DNA from: Bacteroidales bacterium
Lineage (GTDB): Bacteria > Bacteroidota > Bacteroidia > Bacteroidales > UBA932
DNA length: 64,000 nucleotides
Direction of reading: 5' to 3'
Assembly (NCBI GenBank): GCA_017651465.1
Contig: JAGCCX010000049.1
Location: 4,909 to 68,908 of the forward strand
A program made the position numbers and the translations under genes. The notes under the pieces were generated by a model, which had not been told where the DNA came from, did not search any database, and saw only the letters and a list, made by a program, of their open reading frames with translations. How positions within the stretch are numbered: position 1 is the first letter of the stretch; each line of letters opens with the position of its first letter. Shown piece by piece: positions 18,520-26,270 of the stretch.

Positions 18520-18549
18520 ACCGGTCCGCCCTGGAAAGAGCGGACCGGT
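18520..18549. terminator. Bidirectional intrinsic terminator hairpin
   Basis: 10-bp GC-rich stem accggtccgc / gcggaccggt with a 10-nt loop, between convergent genes ending at 18502 and 18571. Confidence 0.7.
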
Positions 18550-18570
18550 GAAAGTATTGTAAGCGGAGTA

Positions 18571-20664
18571 TTAGTCCTCTTCTTTCTCCTGGGCTGCGTA
18601 CTCGGCGAGGAGCTTGGTTTGCACATCACCGGGAACGGGCTGGTAGTCGGCGAATTCCATAGTGAAGGTGGCCGAACCTGCGGTCAGCGAACTCAGGGTG
18701 GTGGAGTAGCGGTAAAGCTCTGCCAGGGGAACGCGTGCCTTTAGGATGGCGAAGCCCTTGTCTGCACCCATATCGCCGAGCATACCGCGGCGGTTCTGGA
18801 GGTCGGACATAACGGCTCCCTGATACTCGCTGGGAGTCATAACCTCTACGTTGTAGATAGGCTCGAGGATCTTGGGACCTGCGTTGCGGAAAGCCTCACG
18901 GAAGGCGTTGCGGCCTGCGATGATGAAGGCGATTTCCTTGGAGTCGACGGGGTGCATTTTACCGTCGTACACAAACACGCGGATGTCACGGGCGTAGGAA
19001 CCGGTAAGAGGGCCCTCTACCATTCTTTCCTTGATACCCTTGAGGATGGCGGGCATAAAGCCGAGGTCGATGGCGCCGCCGACCACGCAGTTGTAGAATT
19101 CCAGCTTGCCGCCCCATTCGAGCTCGGTGATATCCTGGGTCTTGATGTTGAGCTGAGTCTCCTTGCCGTTGATCATAAACTTGGTGTTCAGGTCACCCTC
19201 GGCAGGGCAAACGAGCAGATGGACCTCGCCGAACTGGCCGGCGCCGCCGGACTGCTTCTTGTGACGGTACTGTGCGCTTGCCACCTTGGTGATGGTCTCG
19301 CGGTAAGGCACCTTGGGAGCGAAGAGCTCGACCTCCAGGCCGAACTCGTTGTTCAGACGCCACTTGACGATATTGATGTGCTGCTCGCCGTTTCCTGAAA
19401 GGATGGTCTGACGGAGCTCCTTGGAGTATTCCACGACCACGGTAGGATCCTGGGAAGCGATCTTCTTGAGAGCGTCTCCGAGCTTCTGGTCGTCCTGCTG
19501 GACCTTGGCCTTGATGGCGCAACGGTACTTGGGAGCGGGATACTGGATACGGTCGTAAACTATATCGGAACCGGGAGTTGCGAGGGTGGTGCTGGACTTG
19601 CTGTTCTTGAGCTTGACGGCGCAGCCGAAGTCACCGGCGTGGAGGCTGGTGACGGGCTCCTTCTTGCTGCCGGCCACTGCGTAGATGGCGGAGAAGCGGT
19701 CTTTGCCGCCGTTGGTGGGATCTTCCAGATCCATACCGGTGGTAAGGGTTCCGCTCATAACCTTGAAGTAAGAAACCTCGCCGAGGTGCTGCTCGACATC
19801 GTTCTTGTAGATGAACAGGGAGGTGGGGCCGTTCTCCTTGACCTCGGGAGCGGGAGCAACGTCCTTGATGAACTCCATAAGGCGCTTGACGCCGATGTCT
19901 TTCTTGCCGCAGACACAGAACACGGGGTAGAGCTCGCCGCTGACGATACCCTTGTTGAGGCCGCTGTGAATCTCCTCCTCGCTGAGGGTGCCCTCTTCGA
20001 AGTACTTCTCCATAAGAGCGTCGTCAAACTCGGCAGCCTTCTCGATGAGCTGCTCACGGTATTCCTCGGCCTGGTCGGCTGCATCTGCAGGGATATCCAG
20101 AACCTCGCCGCCCTTGTAATACTTCATAGTGAGAACGTCGATCACGCCGTCGAATGCGGCTCCGGAAGCGTTGGGGAACTGAACGTTCACGATCTTGCCG
20201 CCGAAAGTCTCTTTCATCGAGTTCTGTACGTTATCCCAGTCTGCCTTGTCAGCGTCCAGCTGGTTTACGGTGATGATCATAGGCAGCTTCTGGGCCTCAG
20301 CCCTGCGCACGAAGCTCTCGGTGCCTACTTCCACGCCCTGCTGGGCGTTGATCACCAGAACGCCGCTCTCGCACACGCGGAAAGCCGAATAGGCACCGCC
20401 GATGAAGTCGTCGGAACCGGGGGCGTCGATGATGTTGATCTTGCCGCCTGCGAACTCGGCGTAAAGCGGAGTGGCGTAGATGGAACGCTGGTTGATTTTT
20501 TCAAGCTCGTTGTTGTCGGACAAGGTGTTCTTGTCTTCGATTGAGCCCATTCTGGAGATAACTTTGCCCTCGAAGAGCATGGCCTCCGCAAGAGTGGTCT
20601 TGCCGGACTTGGTAGCGCCGACCAGAACTACGTTGCGGACCTCTTTGGTTTGGTATTCTTTCAT
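18571..20664 (-). CDS. Elongation factor G paralog (EF-G2-like, degenerate GTPase motifs)
   Basis: 697 aa with five-domain EF-G architecture. The P-loop GATKSGKT is intact, but DAPGS replaces DTPGH, NQLD replaces NKxD, and QRSIYA replaces ERGITI. Confidence 0.9.
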   Translation of the reverse strand: MKEYQTKEVRNVVLVGATKSGKTTLAEAMLFEGKVISRMGSIEDKNTLSDNNELEKINQRSIYATPLYAEFAGGKINIIDAPGSDDFIGGAYSAFRVCESGVLVINAQQGVEVGTESFVRRAEAQKLPMIITVNQLDADKADWDNVQNSMKETFGGKIVNVQFPNASGAAFDGVIDVLTMKYYKGGEVLDIPADAADQAEEYREQLIEKAAEFDDALMEKYFEEGTLSEEEIHSGLNKGIVSGELYPVFCVCGKKDIGVKRLMEFIKDVAPAPEVKENGPTSLFIYKNDVEQHLGEVSYFKVMSGTLTTGMDLEDPTNGGKDRFSAIYAVAGSKKEPVTSLHAGDFGCAVKLKNSKSSTTLATPGSDIVYDRIQYPAPKYRCAIKAKVQQDDQKLGDALKKIASQDPTVVVEYSKELRQTILSGNGEQHINIVKWRLNNEFGLEVELFAPKVPYRETITKVASAQYRHKKQSGGAGQFGEVHLLVCPAEGDLNTKFMINGKETQLNIKTQDITELEWGGKLEFYNCVVGGAIDLGFMPAILKGIKERMVEGPLTGSYARDIRVFVYDGKMHPVDSKEIAFIIAGRNAFREAFRNAGPKILEPIYNVEVMTPSEYQGAVMSDLQNRRGMLGDMGADKGFAILKARVPLAELYRYSTTLSSLTAGSATFTMEFADYQPVPGDVQTKLLAEYAAQEKEED

Positions 20665-20695
20665 TGTATCAGGTGTTGTTAATTATCAAAGTCTG

Positions 20696-20703
20696 CAAAT
20701 CTA
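20696..20703 (-). promoter_or_regulatory. -7 promoter box (TAGATTTG on minus strand) for the EF-G paralog
   Basis: The plus strand reads caaatcta, 31 nt upstream of the ATG at 20664. Confidence 0.45.
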
Positions 20704-20889
20704 ATAATTTTTACACCGATTACCAAAATAATAATTAAAGACCTGCTCTCCGGAGTATCCTAACTCGGCCCGAAGGAACTCGTCCACGTCGTCCGGAGCG
20801 AGCCTCAAGGCCCTGCAGACCGCCTCGAAACTGCTGAACCTGCCCGATTCCAGCAGCGTCTCAAACTCTTTGTAAACTTTCTCTCTCAT
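20701..20889 (-). CDS. Small hypothetical protein (62 aa)
   Basis: MREKVYKEFETLLESGRFSSFEAVCRALRLAPDDVDEFLRAELGYSGEQVFNYYFGNRCKNY. The longer 113-aa reading (to 21042) runs through a GC-rich repeat copy and is unlikely. Confidence 0.45.
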   Translation of the reverse strand: MREKVYKEFETLLESGRFSSFEAVCRALRLAPDDVDEFLRAELGYSGEQVFNYYFGNRCKNY

Positions 20890-20909
20890 AACATTCGTTT
20901 GGTTGGTTG

Positions 20910-21015
20910 TCAATCCCGGCAGCGCCTGGCGAAGGGCCGCCCCCGGCACAGGGGCCCGCCCGTGGGAAGGGCCGTTTGCGGCGTTCCCAAGCCTTCGCTC
21001 AGCGCCCCGGGCTGT
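20910..21015. repeat. GC-rich repeat, copy 3
   Basis: Contains caggggcccgcccgtgggaagggc, compared with gaggggcccacgcagtgggagggc at 9986-10009. It also contains gccttcgctcagcgc, the reverse complement of the GAGCGAAGGC-type core. Confidence 0.45.
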
Positions 21016-21170
21016 GCTGCAAAAATGGACAGATGTCTGCAAAAATGCAACAAAGCCAAAGGGGTAAAAACGGGGGTCAAAACCACTTTTTGCTGATTTT
21101 TTAAGATTTTGTCTGATTTTTATAGAAAAATGTCCATAAAACCACTATGGCTTAAGCCGTTACGAACTTG

Positions 21171-21178
21171 TAATTTTG
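21171..21178 (+). promoter_or_regulatory. -7 promoter box (TAATTTTG) for the XRE regulator gene
   Basis: TAnnTTTG, 17 nt upstream of the ATG at 21196. Confidence 0.45.
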
Positions 21179-21195
21179 TTCTGTAATCGACAGCT

Positions 21196-21522
21196 ATGGG
21201 AAAAGTGCACGAATACATCAAGAAACTGCGCATCCAGAAGGGCTATTCGCAAGACGAAATGGCCGACTTGATGGGCATCGAACGCTCGACCTACAGCAAT
21301 TTCGAGCTCGGCAAAACCAATCTCTTCAGCCGCAACCTGACCAAGTTCGCCCAGGTGCTGGACATAAACGAAGAAGACATCCTCCTCGGAGAGCCCAAGC
21401 TCCGCGGATACTTGTCGGAAAACGACCTTGCCGAACGCCTTGACGCTCTTTCGGAGCAAATCGAAGCGCTCACCGAAACTATCAATCTTCTGTCGCTCAA
21501 GATCGACGCCCGGAAGAAGTAG
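21196..21522 (+). CDS. XRE-family helix-turn-helix transcriptional regulator
   Basis: IKKLRIQKGYSQDEMADLMGIERSTYSNFELGKTN is a Cro/C1-type HTH. The C-terminus looks coiled-coil-like. Confidence 0.85.
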   Translation: MGKVHEYIKKLRIQKGYSQDEMADLMGIERSTYSNFELGKTNLFSRNLTKFAQVLDINEEDILLGEPKLRGYLSENDLAERLDALSEQIEALTETINLLSLKIDARKK

Positions 21523-21555
21523 CCCCCTCCCCGTTGTGAGTTCCGGCATTTTGTG

Positions 21556-21563
21556 TAACTTTG
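21556..21563 (+). promoter_or_regulatory. -7 promoter box (TAACTTTG) for rnhB
   Basis: TAnnTTTG, only 6 nt upstream of the ATG at 21570. Confidence 0.4.
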
Positions 21564-21569
21564 CGTATT

Positions 21570-22181
21570 ATGCCGACCAAAATCAATCTGCTCAGCTATA
21601 TGGAACCCGGACGTCTCGAAGCCGGCTGCGACGAGGCTGGACGTGGTCCTCTGGCCGGTCCGGTATATGCCGCGGCGGTAATCCTCCCGCCCGATTTTCA
21701 TCACCCGCTGCTCAACGACTCCAAGCAGATGAGCCGCCGCTCCCGCGAGACTCTTCGCCCCATTATCGAAAAGGAGGCGCTCTCCTGGGCCGTCGTTGCG
21801 GTGGAGGCAGAGGAGATAGACCGCATAAACATACTCAAGGCCAGCATCACGGGGATGCAGAGAGCGGTGCGCGCCCTGAAGGTAAAACCCGATTTCCTGC
21901 TTATCGACGGCAACCGCTTCACCCCATTTGACGGCTATGCTTATGAGACGGTGGTGCACGGCGACGGCACCTACGCCAGCATTGCGGCCGCATCGGTGCT
22001 GGCAAAAACCTACCGTGACGAGCGTATGGCCGCCATCGCCCGGCAGTACCCCGGATACGGCTGGGAACACAACGCCGGCTATCCCACTCCGGAACACATC
22101 GACGCAATCAAGCGTCTGGGATATACTCCGGAGCACCGCCGGAGCTTTCACCCCAAAGAATTGGAACCAACATTATTTTAA
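21570..22181 (+). CDS. rnhB: Ribonuclease HII
   Basis: Contains GCDEAGRGPLAGPVYAAAV...DSKQMS...VHGDGTYASIAAASVLAK. The first ATG is at 21570; the ORF-track start at 21561 is TTG. Confidence 0.93.
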   Translation: MPTKINLLSYMEPGRLEAGCDEAGRGPLAGPVYAAAVILPPDFHHPLLNDSKQMSRRSRETLRPIIEKEALSWAVVAVEAEEIDRINILKASITGMQRAVRALKVKPDFLLIDGNRFTPFDGYAYETVVHGDGTYASIAAASVLAKTYRDERMAAIARQYPGYGWEHNAGYPTPEHIDAIKRLGYTPEHRRSFHPKELEPTLF

Positions 22182-22183
22182 AT

Positions 22184-24289
22184 ATGAAAAGAATAGTTAC
22201 AAGCATTTTGTGCGCCCTCCTGCTTATGCCCGCAGCCTTGCGTGCCGATGAGGGTATGTGGCTCCTGCCACTGCTCGAAAAGATGAACGCCGACGCCCTC
22301 CGCAACCTGGGCTCCCGTCTGACTCCCGAGCAAATCTACAGTGTCAACCATTCCTCCATCAAGGACGCCATAGTCCAGTTCGGGGGCGGCTGTACCGGCG
22401 AGATAATCTCCGGCAGCGGCCTGCTGGTGACCAATCATCATTGTGGGTACGGCGCTATCCAGGGCCTGTCGTCCACCGAGCATAACTACCTCGAAGACGG
22501 CTACTGGGCCTCCAGCCGCGAAGAAGAACTTCCGGTGCCCGGCCTCACCGTGCGTTTCCTGCAGAGTATGACCGACGTCACCGACACCCTGGCCACCGGA
22601 GCTTCCCGCCAGGCGCTGATCGCCGCGGCAATGAAGGAGAATCCTAACTGCCAGGTGAGGATCGTGAGCTTCTACAACGACAACGTCTTCTATATGATAG
22701 TATCCAAGATCTACCGCGATGTGCGTTTCGTGGGCGCTCCTCCCGCATCGGCCGGCAAGTTCGGCGGCGACACCGACAACTGGATGTGGCCACGTCATAC
22801 CTGCGACTTCTCGATGTTCCGCGTTTATGCCGGTCCCGACAACGAGCCCGCCGACTATTCTCCGGACAATGTGCCTATGGTGCCCCGCCAGTTCCTCGGC
22901 GTGTCGCTCAAGGGCGTTAAGGAAGGCGATTTCGCAATGATTATGGGCTATCCCGGCAGCACCCAGCGCTTCCAGACTTCCGCCCAGCTTGAAGAAATGC
23001 TCGAGGCCAACAACATCCGTATCGCAGCCCGCGGAGTCCGCCAGGACATACTCTGGAAGGCTATGCGCGCCGACGAAAAAGTGGCCCTGCAGTACGCCAG
23101 CAAGTATTCCGGATCGTCCAACGGCTGGAAGAAGTGGATAGGTGAAAAGGAAGCTTTCGAGGCCCTTGAAATCATCCCCCGCCAGAAGCAGAAGGAGAAA
23201 GAACTCGAAGAGTGGATAGCCTCCGACCCGGCACGCGCCGAGGCCTGGGGCGGTGCCGTGGACAAGATTGCCAAGGGCATCGCTGATACCAAGCTCCCTC
23301 TTGAAGCCGCAACCCTGCTGGGCGAGAGCGTGGGACGTATCGAACTGCTCAATTTCGCCGCCGCTATGGACCGTTCGTACGCTATGGCCAAGTCTGCCGC
23401 GGAGCAGAACCCAGATGTAAAGATCCAGGATGCCATTGACGCCGTTTTTGATTATCTGGGCGATGCGTACAAAGACTACGACGAAGAGGTGGACCGCAAG
23501 GTGGCCGCTGCTATGATAGACTTCTACAAGCAGAACCTCATCGGCAATCCCATCAAACTGGACGGCAAGGATATCCGCAAGATCGACACCAAACGTCTGG
23601 TGGACAATCTGTTCAAGAAGAGCGTGTTCACCTCCGAGCAGAAGGCGCTCTCCAAGCCCATCACCGACAAGCTGCTCGACTCCGACCCTGCCGTGCGCCT
23701 CTACCGTGCGCTGATGGAGACGATGACGCCCCTCCGCAGCCAGGTGACCGAAAGCCAGAAGGAGCTTAGCGATGCCACCAAGGCTTATGCCGCCAGCCTG
23801 CTGGAGTGGAAGAAGGGCGAGCCTTCGTACCCCGATGCCAACAGCACCTGCCGCCTCACCTACGGTACCGTCAAGAGTTACGAGCCCAAGGACGGAGTGC
23901 TCTATAAGTACTACACCACTCTCAAGGGCGTGATGGAGAAAGAAGACCCTGACAACTACGAATTCCGTGTTCCCGAGCGCCTGAAGGAGATCTTCCAGAC
24001 CAAAGACTACGGCCAGTACGCCGATGCGAACGGTGAGCTTGTGACCTGCTTCCTTACCAATCTCGACATTACCGGAGGCAACTCGGGAAGCCCCGTTCTG
24101 GATGCGGACGGCAATCTTATCGGCCTTGCATTCGACGGCAACTGGGAAGCTATGAGCAGCGACGTTATGTTCGAGCCCAACCTTCAGAGGTGCATCTGCG
24201 TGGACATCCGTTACGTGTTGCTGATGATGGACCGCTTCGGCGGAGCAGGCTATCTGCTGGATGAGATGAACATTGTTAAAAATGACTGA
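22184..24289 (+). CDS. S46-family dipeptidyl-peptidase (DPP7/DPP11-like)
   Basis: Signal peptide, then DEGMWLLP...GSGLLVTNHHCGYGAIQ... and C-terminal TGGNSGSPVLDADGNLIGLAFDGNWE (catalytic Ser). Confidence 0.93.
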   Translation: MKRIVTSILCALLLMPAALRADEGMWLLPLLEKMNADALRNLGSRLTPEQIYSVNHSSIKDAIVQFGGGCTGEIISGSGLLVTNHHCGYGAIQGLSSTEHNYLEDGYWASSREEELPVPGLTVRFLQSMTDVTDTLATGASRQALIAAAMKENPNCQVRIVSFYNDNVFYMIVSKIYRDVRFVGAPPASAGKFGGDTDNWMWPRHTCDFSMFRVYAGPDNEPADYSPDNVPMVPRQFLGVSLKGVKEGDFAMIMGYPGSTQRFQTSAQLEEMLEANNIRIAARGVRQDILWKAMRADEKVALQYASKYSGSSNGWKKWIGEKEAFEALEIIPRQKQKEKELEEWIASDPARAEAWGGAVDKIAKGIADTKLPLEAATLLGESVGRIELLNFAAAMDRSYAMAKSAAEQNPDVKIQDAIDAVFDYLGDAYKDYDEEVDRKVAAAMIDFYKQNLIGNPIKLDGKDIRKIDTKRLVDNLFKKSVFTSEQKALSKPITDKLLDSDPAVRLYRALMETMTPLRSQVTESQKELSDATKAYAASLLEWKKGEPSYPDANSTCRLTYGTVKSYEPKDGVLYKYYTTLKGVMEKEDPDNYEFRVPERLKEIFQTKDYGQYADANGELVTCFLTNLDITGGNSGSPVLDADGNLIGLAFDGNWEAMSSDVMFEPNLQRCICVDIRYVLLMMDRFGGAGYLLDEMNIVKND

Positions 24290-25337
24290 TAAAGACGTTC
24301 TTAAGATACTTTCCGAAGTACGCCATCCCGCCCGGGGCGACCGCGATATAGTGGACCTGGGTATGGTGCACGGGGTAGAAATCAAGGGTGGCGGCGTGAC
24401 CGTCACCCTGGGTTTCCCCAAGAGGCGCGACCCTCTTGCCGAGTACCTCATAGGGGCGGCCCGTGCCGCTCTTATCAGGGGCGGAATAAAAGATCCCAAA
24501 GTAGAAACCATAGTGCTTGAAGATGCGGCGCCCAAGAAAAAGGCCCCGGAATTCGATACCGAGTGCCTCCGTAACGTGCGCCACATCATAGGAATAGCCT
24601 CCGGAAAGGGCGGGGTGGGCAAGTCCACCGTGGCGGTCAATCTGGCCTGCGCCCTCGCGCGCCTCGGATACAAGGTGGGCCTTGCCGATGCCGACGTGTA
24701 CGGCCCGTCCGTACCGCTTATGACGGGCACCGAAGGAGCCCAGCCTATGGCCGAAGAAGTGGACGGACGCGAGCTCATCATCCCGCTGGAGAAGTATGGC
24801 GTCAAGTGGATGAGCATTGGATACTTTGCCGAGAGGGGACAAGCCCTGATATGGCGCGGTCCTATGGCCTGCAATGCGCTCAAGCAGATGATTCTGCAGG
24901 TCAAGTGGGGAGTTCTCGACTTCCTGCTGGTGGATATGCCGCCGGGCACCGGAGACATTCATATCAGCCTGCTGCAGGAGGTGCCCCTCGAGGGAGCCCT
25001 GCTGGTCACGACGCCCCAGGAGGTGGCTCTTTCCGACGTTGAGAAGGGCGCCAATATGTTCCGCAACAAGAATATCAACCGGCCCATCTTCGGGCTGGTA
25101 GAGAATATGGCGTGGTTCACTCCCGCCGAGCATCCCGACGAGAAGTACTATATCTTCGGATGCGACGGCGGTGCCCGTATGGCGCAAGACCTTGGAATAG
25201 AGCTGCTTGGACGAATCCCCCTGGTTCAGGGTATACGCGAGGCCGGCGATTCCGGCGAGCCCGCGGCCCTGGGCACCAGGCCTGATGCGCAGGCATTTAT
25301 CGACCTTGCTTCACGCCTTGCAGATAAACTTGGATAA
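24282..25337 (+). CDS. apbC: Mrp/NBP35-family iron-sulfur cluster carrier ATPase
   Basis: Contains IASGKGGVGKSTVAVNLA (deviant Walker A) and an N-terminal MIP18-like domain. ATG 24282 overlaps the upstream stop by 8 nt. Confidence 0.9.
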   Translation: MTDKDVLKILSEVRHPARGDRDIVDLGMVHGVEIKGGGVTVTLGFPKRRDPLAEYLIGAARAALIRGGIKDPKVETIVLEDAAPKKKAPEFDTECLRNVRHIIGIASGKGGVGKSTVAVNLACALARLGYKVGLADADVYGPSVPLMTGTEGAQPMAEEVDGRELIIPLEKYGVKWMSIGYFAERGQALIWRGPMACNALKQMILQVKWGVLDFLLVDMPPGTGDIHISLLQEVPLEGALLVTTPQEVALSDVEKGANMFRNKNINRPIFGLVENMAWFTPAEHPDEKYYIFGCDGGARMAQDLGIELLGRIPLVQGIREAGDSGEPAALGTRPDAQAFIDLASRLADKLG

Positions 25338-25340
25338 GCT

Positions 25341-26270
25341 ATGGAAGTCCGCGCCAAAAAGGCCCTCGGCCAGCATTTCCTGACCGACCAGTCGATAGCC
25401 CGGCATATAGTCGATACTCTGTCCCCGGCGGGTCCGCTGCCGGAGGACCGTAGCCGCCCGTGGCTACGTGAACGGGAGGGGCCCGCGCCATCAGGCGAGG
25501 GAGGGATGAGCGTAGCGAAGTCCACCGGCAGCGAACCTGCCGGGGACGGTGTCCGCGACGTGCTTGAAATAGGCCCCGGAATGGGAGTCCTGACGCAGTA
25601 TCTCCTCCAGCGGGACGACATCGACCTGAAGGCCGTAGAACTCGACGGCGAATCAGTCGATTACCTTCTCACTCATTTCCCGGGCCTCCAAGGCCGCCTG
25701 CTCCAGGCCGACTTCCTGCGCCTCCCCCTGGAGCGTATCTTCCCGGGACCTTTCAGGGTGATAGGAAATTTCCCCTACAACATTTCTTCGCAGATATTCT
25801 TCAAGGTGCTCGACCACAAAGACCGCATTCCTGAAGTAGTCGGTATGGTCCAGAAAGAAGTGGCCGAGCGTATTGCCGAAAAGCCGGGAAGCAAGACTTA
25901 CGGCATCCTGAGCGTGCTTCTGCAGGCCTGGTACGACATAGAATACTGCTTCACCGTAGGTTCCGGCGCCTTTGCTCCTCCGCCCAAGGTGCAGTCGGCC
26001 GTAATACGTCTCACCCGCAACGGCAGGACATCCCTGGGCTGCGACGAGAAGCTCTTCAAGCTGGTTGTCAAAACGGCATTCAACCAACGCCGCAAGACCC
26101 TCCGCAATGCCCTTAAACCTTTGCTCCGTGACAGTCAATCACTTACGCAACTTGACCTGGTAAAAAGCAACCAGGTCAGTTTGGATAAGATGCTGGAACT
26201 CAGGGCGGAGCGATTGAGTGTGGAAGATTTTGCCGCCCTTACCAATGCAATAGGGCAGCTTAATCCTTGA
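25341..26270 (+). CDS. rsmA: 16S rRNA (adenine1518/1519-N6)-dimethyltransferase with a ~40-aa repeat-derived insertion
   Basis: KKALGQHFLTDQSIARHIVDTL ... [insert] ... VLEIGPGMGVLTQYL ... NFPYNISSQI. 309 aa, longer than my recollection of typical RsmA/KsgA length. Confidence 0.9.
   Translation: MEVRAKKALGQHFLTDQSIARHIVDTLSPAGPLPEDRSRPWLREREGPAPSGEGGMSVAKSTGSEPAGDGVRDVLEIGPGMGVLTQYLLQRDDIDLKAVELDGESVDYLLTHFPGLQGRLLQADFLRLPLERIFPGPFRVIGNFPYNISSQIFFKVLDHKDRIPEVVGMVQKEVAERIAEKPGSKTYGILSVLLQAWYDIEYCFTVGSGAFAPPPKVQSAVIRLTRNGRTSLGCDEKLFKLVVKTAFNQRRKTLRNALKPLLRDSQSLTQLDLVKSNQVSLDKMLELRAERLSVEDFAALTNAIGQLNP
25431..25537. repeat. MITE-like GC-rich repeat, copy 4, lying in frame inside rsmA
   Basis: Imperfect terminal inverted repeats ggtccgctgccggagg (25431-25446) and ccaccggcagcgaacc (25522-25537), 14/16 complementary. 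The core gggaggggcccgcgcca...gagcgtagcgaag is shared with copy 2. Confidence 0.65.

Noticed and set aside
20890-21042. Longer 113-aa version of the small ORF ending at 20701
   Set aside because: The extra 51 codons are read through a copy of the GC-rich repeat (ARGAERRLGNAANGPSHGRAPVPG...). The internal ATG at 20889 gives a compact 62-aa protein.
22178-24958. 926-aa minus-strand ORF opposite the S46 peptidase and mrp genes
   Set aside because: It is a shadow ORF. The plus strand carries two strongly recognisable proteins, and the minus-strand translation has no motifs and an implausible composition.
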